A stretch of 64,000 nucleotides of DNA from a virus (taxonomy: Duplodnaviria; Caudoviricetes). Location: positions 1 to 64,000 of the IMG/VR virus record IMGVR_UViG_3300033076_000375. One strand, given 5' to 3'. The position numbers and the translations under genes were made by a program. The notes beneath the pieces were generated by a model. It ran no database searches, was not told the DNA's origin, and saw only the letters and a program-made list of their open reading frames with translations. Shown piece after piece: positions 1-9,410 of the stretch; the stretch's first letter is position 1, and the number at the start of each line of letters is the position of its first letter.

Positions 1-200
1 TCTATAAGATTTTTCTGAAACTCCCATGGATGATAATTCATTGATCCTTTTGTAGGATGCTGAATCATAAAGAAGTTGTCCATGAAATATAAGTAACCCG
101 TGTTCGGGTCACAGCACTTGATAAAGTCATCAAGTTCTTGGTCTGTTTTAAACTTTGTCTTTTGGTAGGCAGTTTTAACTAAGGTAGGTGTATTTGACAT
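1..200 (-). CDS. terL: Terminase large subunit (T4 gp17-like), N-terminus only; runs off the window
   Basis: Not in the ORF track. My translation from ATG 200 is MSNTPTLVKTAYQKTKFKTDQELDDFIKCCDPNTGYLYFMDNFFMIQHPTKGSMNYHPWEFQKNLI, matching the KC..DP..YF..N...I.HP..G......FQ..LI start of T4-like large terminases. TATAAATA lies just upstream. Confidence 0.8.
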   Translation of the reverse strand, partial: MSNTPTLVKTAYQKTKFKTDQELDDFIKCCDPNTGYLYFMDNFFMIQHPTKGSMNYHPWEFQKNLI

Positions 201-208
201 ACGATTAT

Positions 209-1063
209 TTATAGACCGTTTTGTATTAACAGAATTTCGTAGTTACACGTTACTTGTGTGCCGTTACCGTCTGCTATGATTTGCACATCAATGTCTGATT
301 TTTCAGGTACTCGCATGGGGATTACGAAATCATTACGATAATAACCGTTGACCACTTCGGCGATGAACGCAGCCATGAATGTACCGTTATGAGGTCTGAC
401 CATCATTTGAAGTCTTGACCCGATATTACCTGAACCACCTCGGAATGTAGTGCAATCACCGTAAGTGATATATGCAGTATATCCTGCAGGCACAGTATAT
501 TGACTTAACTTAGTCATGCCTAAGCCTACCCCAATGTGTGCTACTACTGTACCGGTGCCACTAACTAATCTAAATGTAATAGAACCAACGTTAGGTCTGT
601 TGTTGCTGATGATAGTTGCAGTATGAATGCGCATGTAGTGGTTTATTGTTCGAACAGCAGTAGTACCATTTGTAGTTATAGTTTCATTGATATGATTGTA
701 ATTTTCATCCAATCCATCAATATAAATTTGTATGTTAGTGTCACTAGTGCTAGTAGAAATAACAAACAAATGCTGAGAAGTTGTCCAAGTACTGTATGGA
801 TAAACGCCGCCTTCTACCCAGATACTTTCTATGACGTTTTGAGCACAATCGGGGTTGAACGCAGACCTTATTTCACATGATGTACCGGTAACCAATCCCC
901 TTGCAACTTGTAGATACCAAGGAGCACTTGTTAAACTTAAACTGTTCGTGATTCTTAATTCAGGTTGACCATCAGTGTTATACTGCATGGTCTTGTGTAG
1001 GTTCAACAGATTGGGTTCATCTGGATGAACATAACTAGTTGAATTAGGATGTTGTACGCCCAT
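209..1063 (-). CDS. Hypothetical protein, probably virion structural (beta-rich)
   Basis: 284-aa Thr/Gly/Val-rich ORF in the late gene block. Confidence 0.6.
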   Translation of the reverse strand: MGVQHPNSTSYVHPDEPNLLNLHKTMQYNTDGQPELRITNSLSLTSAPWYLQVARGLVTGTSCEIRSAFNPDCAQNVIESIWVEGGVYPYSTWTTSQHLFVISTSTSDTNIQIYIDGLDENYNHINETITTNGTTAVRTINHYMRIHTATIISNNRPNVGSITFRLVSGTGTVVAHIGVGLGMTKLSQYTVPAGYTAYITYGDCTTFRGGSGNIGSRLQMMVRPHNGTFMAAFIAEVVNGYYRNDFVIPMRVPEKSDIDVQIIADGNGTQVTCNYEILLIQNGL

Positions 1064-1065
1064 GA

Positions 1066-1380
1066 TTATAACGTGATATTAGTATCATCCTCAGTTACTA
1101 GAATCTCACCGTCTTCTGTCAATAACAAGTTATCTAATGTTAATGTAGAATATGTCCATGGTCTACCTTGAACTAACCCACCATCATTAGGGTTATTGAT
1201 TACATGTCTAGTGTCATTATCACCAGGTGCATACACTGTAGGTAGTTGAGTGATATCTAAAACTGCTCGTTCACTTCTGTTTGGATTAGAGTCGTTGGCA
1301 CGTTTTTGTGCGGCAAGTGCAAGTTTAGCTTCTTGTCGTTCGCTCTTTGTAGGTAAGTGGGCAATTCCGTTTGATGACAT
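1066..1380 (-). CDS. Hypothetical virion-associated protein with C-terminal LLTEDG/VTEDD acidic motif
   Basis: Start reassigned to ATG 1380 (MSSNG), directly after the upstream stop at 1382. Confidence 0.6.
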   Translation of the reverse strand: MSSNGIAHLPTKSERQEAKLALAAQKRANDSNPNRSERAVLDITQLPTVYAPGDNDTRHVINNPNDGGLVQGRPWTYSTLTLDNLLLTEDGEILVTEDDTNITL

Positions 1381-1381
1381 A

Positions 1382-1657
1382 TTAGAACCTCGGCTTCTTT
1401 TGATATTGTGGGTACATCGAAATACTGTCAGCACGAATGTCTGCTGGATGTTTAGGACCATTTACGCCGCCACCTGCGTCAACTGTTACTTTACTGATAT
1501 CCGCAACTAATGTATCAGGACTATTAGAGTATTGTTGCTTTTCTGCTTCTACTTCCGCAGGAACTTCTTCTACATAATCTGTGACCGTTTCTTGTCCGGT
1601 ATTGTCTAAACCGTCAATAATGTCCAATAGGCTACGGATAAATTCAGTTGATTTCAT
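1382..1657 (-). CDS. Small acidic protein with MKSTEF N-terminus (possible internal head protein)
   Basis: Start reassigned to ATG 1657, 5 nt after TAAATA. Confidence 0.6.
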   Translation of the reverse strand: MKSTEFIRSLLDIIDGLDNTGQETVTDYVEEVPAEVEAEKQQYSNSPDTLVADISKVTVDAGGGVNGPKHPADIRADSISMYPQYQKKPRF

Positions 1658-1661
1658 ATAC

Positions 1662-1931
1662 TTATTTATCGTAGGGCTTCTCGCCCGTGAGGTGGGGTTT
1701 AGCGAACCACAACTTAAACCACTCATCAGTTCCGGGTCTGATGTTTCGTTCTCGCTGTATTTGTCCTAGATTTGTAGCGTATTCGCTTGTTTCTTCCCCG
1801 TAACTTGTCTTTTCAATCCCTGCTAACTTCTTTAAGTCATCTAGGTTGTCTGTCATGGGTTGTGAAACAGGAACGCCCATATTTCTATAGGCGTTCATTA
1901 GTTTTGATTGTTTGAATGGATCGAACGTCAT
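1662..1931 (-). CDS. Hypothetical protein (LKKLAGI and PGTDEWFKLWF motifs)
   Basis: 89-aa ORF, TAAATA 4 nt upstream. Confidence 0.65.
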   Translation of the reverse strand: MTFDPFKQSKLMNAYRNMGVPVSQPMTDNLDDLKKLAGIEKTSYGEETSEYATNLGQIQRERNIRPGTDEWFKLWFAKPHLTGEKPYDK

Positions 1932-1938
1932 TCAATAT

Positions 1939-2628
1939 TTATTTGATATCTAAGGGACGTTGTTTCGTCACTAGAATCGCAAAATATTTTTCTTTCAATG
2001 TAACTTGTTCACCTTCAGCATTGTTAACAGTAACGTCAAAGTCTAAGTTGTTGAACTTTTCTACTTTGAAACCAGTTCTGTCTAACAATGCTAACCACTG
2101 AACCATACCAAGAATACTGTAATTGCTAGGAATGAATTCATGCTTACGGTCACAGTCTGGGGCCGGAACTTCAATGTACATCTTACCAAATTGACGTAAG
2201 ATACGATTGTATTCAGTTAGACTGAAGATTGGATATGGGCTTTGTTGAAGTGTATGACGCAAAAAAACAAAATCTGTGCTTTCGTCATGGAATCCATCAG
2301 TTTGGGGCAAGAAACTAGGATCATGAATCTTTACATTATGTCCCTTGTCGGTACATAATTTTGCATCATGTTCGCTGAGAGTTGTTCCTACAACATTAGT
2401 GAAGCCACGGTCTTTCATCTCGTCTAGAAAGTAACCAGCGCCACATCCAACATCAACAATGAACGCATCTTTTTTCAATTCTAATGGTTCGATGTATGTT
2501 GGTACAATTTGCTTGGTTAGTGAACTGTGAAGTTGTGACTCTCCTTCGTCTGCTAAATGGCTAGTGTACAACCATTCGTTATAGAATTTGAGTTTGAGTA
2601 AGTCTAGGGTGTTGTTAATATCAATCAT
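1939..2628 (-). CDS. Class I SAM-dependent methyltransferase
   Basis: VDVGCGAG motif I, DFVFLRH motif and RILRQFGKMYIEVP post-II motif; start reassigned to ATG 2628. Confidence 0.85.
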   Translation of the reverse strand: MIDINNTLDLLKLKFYNEWLYTSHLADEGESQLHSSLTKQIVPTYIEPLELKKDAFIVDVGCGAGYFLDEMKDRGFTNVVGTTLSEHDAKLCTDKGHNVKIHDPSFLPQTDGFHDESTDFVFLRHTLQQSPYPIFSLTEYNRILRQFGKMYIEVPAPDCDRKHEFIPSNYSILGMVQWLALLDRTGFKVEKFNNLDFDVTVNNAEGEQVTLKEKYFAILVTKQRPLDIK

Positions 2629-2668
2629 AGTGAATCTATTTACAAACAGATTCACTTATTGAAATTTT

Positions 2669-3037
2669 TTATTTGAAGCCTTTGAAGCCAATAACTGTAC
2701 TCTTAGTATTGGTATCTTCTGGTTCTTTTGACTTTGAATATGGGACCATTGTTTTGCCATCTGATGGCACAGTCTTCATAGCAGAAACAAGCATATTGTA
2801 TTCTTCTTCTGTGAAAGGATGTACAGTATTGTATTTTTCAGCAAAGCTGTCGTAATCCATTTCTACCGCATCTTGGCTTTTCCCGTCACTCATTGCCATA
2901 GCCATCCATAAGCGGTTCATGTGGTAAGTGCGGTCATAGCCACCGACATCACGCACACGCACTACGCCCTGTGATGCCTGGACTAAGTTTTTAGGTACTT
3001 TTCCGCTACCTTCAGATAGAAATTCAGATGCTCTCAT
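2669..3037 (-). CDS. Hypothetical protein with MRASEFLSE N-terminus (possible internal head protein)
   Basis: 122-aa ORF, TAAATA 6 nt upstream of the ATG. Confidence 0.65.
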   Translation of the reverse strand: MRASEFLSEGSGKVPKNLVQASQGVVRVRDVGGYDRTYHMNRLWMAMAMSDGKSQDAVEMDYDSFAEKYNTVHPFTEEEYNMLVSAMKTVPSDGKTMVPYSKSKEPEDTNTKSTVIGFKGFK

Positions 3038-3038
3038 A

Positions 3039-3827
3039 TTAAGTATTTATCGTATATTTAACTGAATGTTCGATATCAGTATTAAAGATAGGATTGACTA
3101 ACACTCTAACATTACCATAGCCAATGTCAACATTATAACGGGTCAACGGTGAGCCATTGAATATTGTCCCAAACGCAGAGAACTTAACACTGGTATTAGA
3201 TGTTGCTTTTAACACTTCTAACGTTACTTTCTGACTACCAGTGTCAACTAAGTCTCGTGAAGTTATTTCAAATGTTCCATTATCAAAATCTGATACGGGT
3301 AGTTGGAACACAATTTGACCAGCAGTATTGTCATGGGTAATAACTTGTGTAGTTCCGCTACGTGAAGAACCTACTACTAATGATCCTACAATGTTTACAT
3401 TACCTGCTGAGTTAACATTCTTTACGTTAATGCTTGCATTCTCGGGTTCAAACCCACCGATAGCTGGGAATGACAATGTATTCAAGTCAGACTGTGTGAT
3501 TGATACATGACCAATTGATACGCCATTAGTGCCTAAATACAAGTGAGCAAAACGCTGTAAATCAGAACCTAGATTAGTTACGTTATCATTTAACGGAACT
3601 GTGTCGATGTTGATATCAAGTACACCTGTTGTTTGATTGTAGACAAAGTTAGAATCACCTTTAGACAATCCATCAAAGATGTACTGAATCGCACCTTCGG
3701 GTCCATTAGGAGCTAGGCTTGATAGATAGTTGAAGTTATCATTAATCTTAGCAAAGGCAACTCTAAGCGGGTCACCGCCGGCATCGTTCGGTAAGACGCC
3801 AATATCAACTTGATTAACTGTGGTCAT
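3039..3827 (-). CDS. Baseplate protein with T4 gp9/gp10-like N-terminal domain
   Basis: N-terminal IGVLPNDAGGDPLRVAFAKINDNF matches the G..ND.xGD.LR.AF.KIN.NF motif. Confidence 0.75.
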   Translation of the reverse strand: MTTVNQVDIGVLPNDAGGDPLRVAFAKINDNFNYLSSLAPNGPEGAIQYIFDGLSKGDSNFVYNQTTGVLDINIDTVPLNDNVTNLGSDLQRFAHLYLGTNGVSIGHVSITQSDLNTLSFPAIGGFEPENASINVKNVNSAGNVNIVGSLVVGSSRSGTTQVITHDNTAGQIVFQLPVSDFDNGTFEITSRDLVDTGSQKVTLEVLKATSNTSVKFSAFGTIFNGSPLTRYNVDIGYGNVRVLVNPIFNTDIEHSVKYTINT

Positions 3828-3878
3828 AGTTTAAATTCCAATACTATGTATTTATCTGTTGAGCAATATGATTTTGGG

Positions 3879-3886
3879 TATAAATA
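3879..3886 (+). promoter_or_regulatory. T4-type late promoter TATAAATA for the nuclease gene; divergent TAAATA at 3849-3854 on the minus strand
   Basis: Exact TATAAATA followed by an AAGGAG RBS and ATG 3910. Confidence 0.7.
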
Positions 3887-3909
3887 GTAGACTATTATAA
3901 GGAGTCAAT

Positions 3910-4734
3910 ATGAAAAAGATAGTATTGGGACTAGTGATGTTAATGTCATTATCCGCACAAGCATGGGACCAAAGAGCCCCATTACCCGTTCAACAATGTC
4001 AAGTTCATAGTCCATATGGATTTGCGAACACACAGCGTCAAGTAAGTCCTATCTGCCGTGAGGGCTATCTAGTTGCTTATGACGCACCAGTTAAAATTCC
4101 GGCTTATGTAGCATACACATTGAAGCCAGAAAACGCATTAGGTTGCTTCCCTAGAACAAACGCCTTCGTGGCTGACCAATCATTAAATGGTACAGGTGCA
4201 AGACCTGACGACTATGTTGGTACAGGATACGACAAGGGACACGCGGCACCGGATGGCGACCTATCCTATAACCAAATGGTGGAGTATGAAAGTTTTTTAA
4301 TGACAAACATGTATCCACAGCATGGAAGTCTAAACCGTGGAATTTGGAAGTTACTGGAAACTTCAGTTCGTGGCTGGGCAGTTCAAACGAACCAAAGCTA
4401 TACTATATTCGTTGGAGCTATGTATGGCGCTGGTGATGAATCAATCGGTAAAGGAGTTATTGTTCCTCACGCTTTTTATAAGATTGTAATCAATAACCAA
4501 ACAGGAGCTGTTGCTGGTTGGAGATTCCCTCACACTAAGCCATATGTTAACTTAGGAAATGATTTAACTAAGTTCCGTGCACCGATTGCAACTATCATGC
4601 AAGAAGCGGGTGTACAGTATAAGTTCCCAGCTAACGCCAAAGAGTTGAATCCAGGACAAGAATGGCCTGTAAACTTTGGTGACTTAACTAAAGCGAAACG
4701 TGCTAAGTGTGGTGCTAACGCATCAGCAGATTAA
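3910..4734 (+). CDS. DNA/RNA non-specific endonuclease (Serratia NucA/EndoG family) with Sec signal peptide
   Basis: YDKGH active-site motif and FLMTNMYPQ..LNRGIWK.LE; signal peptide MKKIVLGLVMLMSLSAQA. Confidence 0.9.
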   Translation: MKKIVLGLVMLMSLSAQAWDQRAPLPVQQCQVHSPYGFANTQRQVSPICREGYLVAYDAPVKIPAYVAYTLKPENALGCFPRTNAFVADQSLNGTGARPDDYVGTGYDKGHAAPDGDLSYNQMVEYESFLMTNMYPQHGSLNRGIWKLLETSVRGWAVQTNQSYTIFVGAMYGAGDESIGKGVIVPHAFYKIVINNQTGAVAGWRFPHTKPYVNLGNDLTKFRAPIATIMQEAGVQYKFPANAKELNPGQEWPVNFGDLTKAKRAKCGANASAD

Positions 4735-4997
4735 TTGCCGATTTTATCGTAGTTGATTTTGTTAGTTTGATACCATTCAATCCAAACATCTGACTTAACT
4801 GCACACTCGTAGTAAGTTGAATAGTTGATTGTGATTGTCTTGCTAACATCACTTAATTTTGCCCCGTCTTGAAGTTTCTTTAAGTCGGGGCATTGTTCCA
4901 TAGCTCCAGCCTTTGTTGGTGCTTCAGGGAACTTAGGAATAACAGGTGGAGTAGTGCATCCAGTAAGTAGAAACGCTAATAAAATTAATACTCTCAT
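4731..4997 (-). CDS. o-spanin (Rz1-like outer-membrane lipoprotein)
   Basis: Lipobox LLTG-C and Pro-rich mature N-terminus; overlaps the end of the i-spanin gene (ATGA). Confidence 0.75.
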   Translation of the reverse strand: MRVLILLAFLLTGCTTPPVIPKFPEAPTKAGAMEQCPDLKKLQDGAKLSDVSKTITINYSTYYECAVKSDVWIEWYQTNKINYDKIGN

Positions 4998-5422
4998 TTT
5001 GCTTTCTCCGCTGAATCGTTATGTGCCTTGACAAACTCGTTAGGAATTACGCAAGTTTTGTCATACTTTGTGACTTCACGGTCAATGTAACGAGTAACGT
5101 ACTCTTTTTTGACTTTGATTTTCTCTTTTACTTTAGATGACTTGGATGCGAGTTTGTCGTTTAACTCTTTGTTTTTCTGTTCGTATTCAGCCGTTTGCTG
5201 TTTAGCTTCTTCAATTCGTGACTGCATGACATTATAATCATACAATGAACCTTCTAAGAAAACTGACATAGCAAGACCAATTACACCAGAGATTTTCAGC
5301 ATCAGAGTATACTGTTTAATCAACTTAGCTTTGCCAAAGACAAACCCAAGAACAGTAGCAATTAAGCTAATGTAGAATAATGTATGGAAGATCCAATCGG
5401 GGGTAATTTCGAATATGAACAT
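4994..5422 (-). CDS. i-spanin (Rz-like inner-membrane protein)
   Basis: N-terminal TM segments, coiled coil, C-terminal Cys; directly upstream of the lipoprotein. Confidence 0.7.
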   Translation of the reverse strand: MFIFEITPDWIFHTLFYISLIATVLGFVFGKAKLIKQYTLMLKISGVIGLAMSVFLEGSLYDYNVMQSRIEEAKQQTAEYEQKNKELNDKLASKSSKVKEKIKVKKEYVTRYIDREVTKYDKTCVIPNEFVKAHNDSAEKAK

Positions 5423-5426
5423 GCTC

Positions 5427-6389
5427 TTATTTATTAAAATATGAGGAGTTCTTTAGCCAATCATAGTACTTTTGGAAGCCTTCTTCTACGTCAACTTTAG
5501 GGTCAAATCCAAAGTCTTGACGGGCAGCATCAATATTCAATGCTCCCCTACTAGGGAAATCTAAGTCACGTTCTCCTACTTCAATTTCACCTTTTCCGAC
5601 AATTTTGACTGCTAGTTTTGCGGCGTCAAGTAGACTGTGACTGTGTGACTTTGTTATATTGTAGGTCTTGTTGTCTGTGTTGTCTGAGAGGGCAGCGGCA
5701 ACGATTCCGTCTGCGGCGTCGTCAACGAAGGTGAAGTCGAGGGTCTCTCCGGCTCCGTTAACTCTAAGAGTATCGCCCCGCATAGCGCGGAGTATGAACT
5801 TGCTGATGACGCGGTCTTCCACGTCAAGTGGACCATATACAGCAGAGGGGCGTATAATAGTATGAACAAGATTAGTACGGCGAGTATAATCTTTGACAAG
5901 CCATTCGCCTGCGAGTTTGAGGATTCCATATTGTCCTTGTGGTTTACAGTCATAATCTTCTTTCACATCATCTTTGAAATCACCGTACACCATTGATGAA
6001 CTAATGTAGATGAATTTACGAACATCGTAAGTATTACTTGCTTCTAGTAGGTTGAGCAAGCCTTCGCTCATTACACGACTACCCATTGCTGGATTGTTAT
6101 TGACAACTTTCTGTCTAGGGAAACTTGCACAATGAATTACAATCTCAGGTTCTTCGATGTGAAAGATTGAACTAACATCACGTGCATTCGCAATGTCTTT
6201 ATTGTAGATAAAGTCACCTAGTTCAATTTTCTTTTTTCGTTCTGCTAACAAGTATTTGATTTCTTCTTGAGGTACAAACCCGTAATCAGTTTGATTGTCA
6301 ATGATAGAGACTTGATGTCCTTGTTCTTGTAGTCGCTTAACTACATTGTGACCGATTAATCCTAATCCGCCTGTTACTAAAATGTTCAT
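5427..6389 (-). CDS. NAD-dependent nucleotide-sugar epimerase/dehydratase (extended SDR)
   Basis: ILVTGGLGLIG, SSSMVYG, YGILK (YxxxK) and RPSAVYGP motifs. Confidence 0.92.
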   Translation of the reverse strand: MNILVTGGLGLIGHNVVKRLQEQGHQVSIIDNQTDYGFVPQEEIKYLLAERKKKIELGDFIYNKDIANARDVSSIFHIEEPEIVIHCASFPRQKVVNNNPAMGSRVMSEGLLNLLEASNTYDVRKFIYISSSMVYGDFKDDVKEDYDCKPQGQYGILKLAGEWLVKDYTRRTNLVHTIIRPSAVYGPLDVEDRVISKFILRAMRGDTLRVNGAGETLDFTFVDDAADGIVAAALSDNTDNKTYNITKSHSHSLLDAAKLAVKIVGKGEIEVGERDLDFPSRGALNIDAARQDFGFDPKVDVEEGFQKYYDWLKNSSYFNK

Positions 6390-6661
6390 TCGAATTTCAA
6401 CTTGTAATATGTTAATTGTTCTGGAGTTAAGTACGCTTTGATTCTATACTCATATCCATATGTCAGATGGTTGATAGCTCTAACCCACATTGGCTCAGGA
6501 TTAGAATGTTCCATGATATACTTGCCCTTAGGGGTTTGTTGCCACTCGTATATAGGTTGAGCAACAAACAAGTCGGGGTCTTCGCAATCACCCATTTGAA
6601 TATAGTGAACGACATGTTCAACTACATTATCAGACTGCCATGTTTGCTTTAATTTGACCAT
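6386..6661 (-). CDS. Hypothetical protein ending YYKLKFE
   Basis: 91-aa ORF coupled to both neighbours; start uncertain. Confidence 0.6.
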   Translation of the reverse strand: MVKLKQTWQSDNVVEHVVHYIQMGDCEDPDLFVAQPIYEWQQTPKGKYIMEHSNPEPMWVRAINHLTYGYEYRIKAYLTPEQLTYYKLKFE

Positions 6662-7541
6662 GTGATTGATAGTTTTCTAATTCAATGTCATCCATAGAGA
6701 TTTCAAAAATATCAGTCTTTGATGGATTCAACTTCAACGTAGGTTGAGGGAACTCAGAACGAGTAAGTTGTTCTTTAACTTGCTCAATATGGTCTGTGTA
6801 GATGTGAGTATCACCCATTGAGATAATCAATTCACCCACTTTGTAACCTAGATGATGTGCCAGTAAGTGAGTAAGCAAAGCATAACTAGCAATATTGAAA
6901 GGCAAGCCGAGGAAAACATCAACACTACGCTGATACATATGACAAGAAAGTTCCTTATTCTTATTAACATAGAATTGGCTCATAACATGACACGGTGGCA
7001 AAGCCATTTGGTCTAATTCACCAACGTTCCATGCGTTAATGATGTGTCTGCGACCATTAGGATCGTTCTTTAAACCTTCAATAAGATTTTTGAGTTGATC
7101 CGTCTCTTTGACATGGAAGTTGCCCTCGCGGTTGTATTGACTACCGAAGTCGTCTTTGAACGTTTCTTGCGTATGATATACTGGCGTTTGCCAGTGACGC
7201 CACTGAACGCCGTAAACTCTGCCGAGGTCGCCTTCATACTTCGCCTTTGGCTTCCAATAGTTTGCAAGCGCATTTGGCGTCCAGATGGTAACCGTGCCAT
7301 CTTTTGTTCCATGTGTGAGTTCAGCCAATCTACGCTCATCACCTGAGCCTTCAATAAACCAAAGTAACTCGCCTCGGACAGCTTTCCAAGCAAGTTTCTT
7401 AGTTGTGATGGCAGGGAATCCTGTACGCAAATCAAAGCGGATACTACGGCCAAAAACACTACGGGTGCCAACACCAGTTCTATCATCTTTATCTTCTCCG
7501 TTTAGTAAAATATCTTCTAGTAAATTATGGTATTGTTCCAT
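6630..7541 (-). CDS. thyA: Thymidylate synthase
   Basis: DRTGVGT, ELLWF, LG.VYG.QWR, MALPPCH and YQRSVD.FLGLPFNIASYA motifs; start reassigned to ATG 7541. Confidence 0.97.
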   Translation of the reverse strand: MEQYHNLLEDILLNGEDKDDRTGVGTRSVFGRSIRFDLRTGFPAITTKKLAWKAVRGELLWFIEGSGDERRLAELTHGTKDGTVTIWTPNALANYWKPKAKYEGDLGRVYGVQWRHWQTPVYHTQETFKDDFGSQYNREGNFHVKETDQLKNLIEGLKNDPNGRRHIINAWNVGELDQMALPPCHVMSQFYVNKNKELSCHMYQRSVDVFLGLPFNIASYALLTHLLAHHLGYKVGELIISMGDTHIYTDHIEQVKEQLTRSEFPQPTLKLNPSKTDIFEISMDDIELENYQSHGQIKANMAV

Positions 7542-7542
7542 G

Positions 7543-7986
7543 TTATTTTCTTCTCCAAATCTCATAAGAGTGGTCAGCAAAACTTTCTTTCTGCCAACAC
7601 ATGAATTCGTTTTCTAATTTTACTAAATCTATGAACGTATCACAAGTGTATTCGGATAAAGTCCTTGAGGCATGAATTTCATCAATATAGTCCCAGTAAC
7701 TTTCAATCATCTTTGCGCCACCGATTAACCAAACTTCTTTTTCTTTGGCGATTATATCATCGTCTGGATTAGTGATGCCGTCTACTGGTCTAGATGTTTT
7801 GACCCAGTTGGTTCTGTTTGGTAGAGGTTTCTTTGGCAATGAGTCCCAAGTGTTTCGACCCATAAGAATAATCTTACCAGTTGTCAATGCCTTGAATCTA
7901 GGTAAATCGCCCTGGAGGTTAGTCCAGGGCAACATACCATTATAACCAATTCCTCCTTTAGGATCAAAGGCTATAATTAACTTCAT
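7543..7986 (-). CDS. folA: Dihydrofolate reductase
   Basis: GIG..G.LPW, DL..FK..T, MGRNTWDSLP..PLPNR, IGGA and CDTF motifs. Confidence 0.95.
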   Translation of the reverse strand: MKLIIAFDPKGGIGYNGMLPWTNLQGDLPRFKALTTGKIILMGRNTWDSLPKKPLPNRTNWVKTSRPVDGITNPDDDIIAKEKEVWLIGGAKMIESYWDYIDEIHASRTLSEYTCDTFIDLVKLENEFMCWQKESFADHSYEIWRRK

Positions 7987-8285
7987 AATTTTCCTAATAA
8001 TCTATCTGTCTGTGGTTGAACTGTCTTTGCGATTGTTTCTAAGTCTAAAACAATTTCAATACTTACAATCTGCGGGTCAAGTTCGTTTAATTTTCTACTT
8101 ACAACTTCTTCAATCTCTGGTGTACTTAAACTTTGTTTATAAAAATTCTGTATGTTAATCGTATGTTGTTTTTTACCTACTAACTTAACAATAATCTTTT
8201 TGATAAACTCGGGCGGGACGGGAGAAGTTGTCTTATCCACACCCTCAAGTACGTGAGACCACTTACTCAAAAAGTCAGGTGACAT
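7983..8285 (-). CDS. Hypothetical protein
   Basis: 100-aa ORF in the operon, ATGA overlap with folA. Confidence 0.65.
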   Translation of the reverse strand: MSPDFLSKWSHVLEGVDKTTSPVPPEFIKKIIVKLVGKKQHTINIQNFYKQSLSTPEIEEVVSRKLNELDPQIVSIEIVLDLETIAKTVQPQTDRLLGKL

Positions 8286-8288
8286 AAA

Positions 8289-8978
8289 TTATACCGTCGC
8301 TGTTGTTTGTACCTTTGGTGGACGACCGCGACCTCTTTTAACTGGTGCTGCCGGTGCTGTTGTTTGTGTTGCGACTGGGATGCCTAACATTTCGTTAGCT
8401 TCTTTTTCCAATCGTGCGCTTTCTACCAACAGACCTTTTGCTTCTGCTGCCATACGTTGTGCTTGTTGTAGCAAGTTATTAGCGATTTGATTATCACCTA
8501 AAATACCTTGCGGTGCATTCGGTACTGATGGTGGAGTATTGCGCATTGCGTTTGCAACATCTGATGGCTTTGCACCTTGTGTAGTGCTTGCATCCATTTC
8601 TGCTAACTTCTTAGTTGCAGATTCACCTGATTTCATGTCATTCAAAATCGTATTCAACTCAGCCAAATTAATTTTGGTAGTTGTATTCGGTGTCATTGTA
8701 ACTTGCTCAGTTTGTACTTTGCGCAACAACCCTTGTTGATGCAACACTTGCAAGATATACTTACCGTCATCAGTGTGAGTACGGTTCAAAGCATCTGCTA
8801 AACTTTCACTTGCTTGCCCAATTTGACTTTCGATACACTTCATCAATGGATCGTGAATGTGGCGATTTAGTGTCTCTGTATAAACAACCAAACACATGTG
8901 TGATTCACCAGGTAGCTCTCTGAAAACGACAGCAACCTTCTTGTCACTATGTTTACCTACGTGTCGTAAAAAACTCAT
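8289..8978 (-). CDS. Hypothetical protein with coiled coil and C-terminal AT-hook-like motif
   Basis: KRGRGRPPK near the C-terminus; AGGAG RBS. Confidence 0.7.
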   Translation of the reverse strand: MSFLRHVGKHSDKKVAVVFRELPGESHMCLVVYTETLNRHIHDPLMKCIESQIGQASESLADALNRTHTDDGKYILQVLHQQGLLRKVQTEQVTMTPNTTTKINLAELNTILNDMKSGESATKKLAEMDASTTQGAKPSDVANAMRNTPPSVPNAPQGILGDNQIANNLLQQAQRMAAEAKGLLVESARLEKEANEMLGIPVATQTTAPAAPVKRGRGRPPKVQTTATV

Positions 8979-9022
8979 AAAATTCTCCTTATGCCATACG
9001 GCTAGTGATATTTACTATGAGT

Positions 9023-9292
9023 TTAGAATAGCGAATTATTTCCTGAGTGTCCTGCCCATCTTAATTCATACATCATTGCTTCAGCCGAGTCTTCAAAATA
9101 GAAATATTGGGCAAAGTCAAGTAAGGCGTTTGGTGTTGAATCGGCAGATATACAGAATCTACCCTGTAATGTTGAAAGAACCCACTGATGTGATTCGTCA
9201 GATTTTGCAGTGGGTGCTTTTACAAAATGTCGAGGAACCGTGTGTAGTTCACGTGTGCCGAACCACACTAGTGGGCTTAGTTCTTTCATCAA
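9023..9292 (-). CDS. Hypothetical protein (F..xxEAMMYELRW type)
   Basis: 89-aa ORF. Confidence 0.6.
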   Translation of the reverse strand: MMKELSPLVWFGTRELHTVPRHFVKAPTAKSDESHQWVLSTLQGRFCISADSTPNALLDFAQYFYFEDSAEAMMYELRWAGHSGNNSLF

Positions 9293-9399
9293 TCGTCACT
9301 CTTTTTAATACCATCAAGCATATACCTTAGGATCCAATAGAACGCATAAAGCATACCACATGAGATGACAGTTAATAAACCTGCAACAATAATATCCAT
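9289..9399 (-). CDS. Small single-TM membrane protein (36 aa)
   Basis: Below the ORF-track cutoff: MDIIVAGLLTVISCGMLYAFYWILRYMLDGIKKSDD; AAGGA RBS; fills the intergenic gap. Confidence 0.55.
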   Translation of the reverse strand: MDIIVAGLLTVISCGMLYAFYWILRYMLDGIKKSDD

Positions 9400-9410
9400 A
9401 ATCTTATTCC

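Noticed and set aside
6630-7541. Intron or intein in thyA, as in T4 td
   Set aside because: The frame is continuous and of normal length, with only a short variable-loop insertion.
7070-9330. Overlapping or antisense ORFs from the track (e.g. 7070..7486, 7285..7617, 8896..9330; also 36984..37424, 48929..49306 and the short ORFs inside the giant gene)
   Set aside because: They are shadows of well-supported genes, with no RBS, promoter or recognisable motifs.
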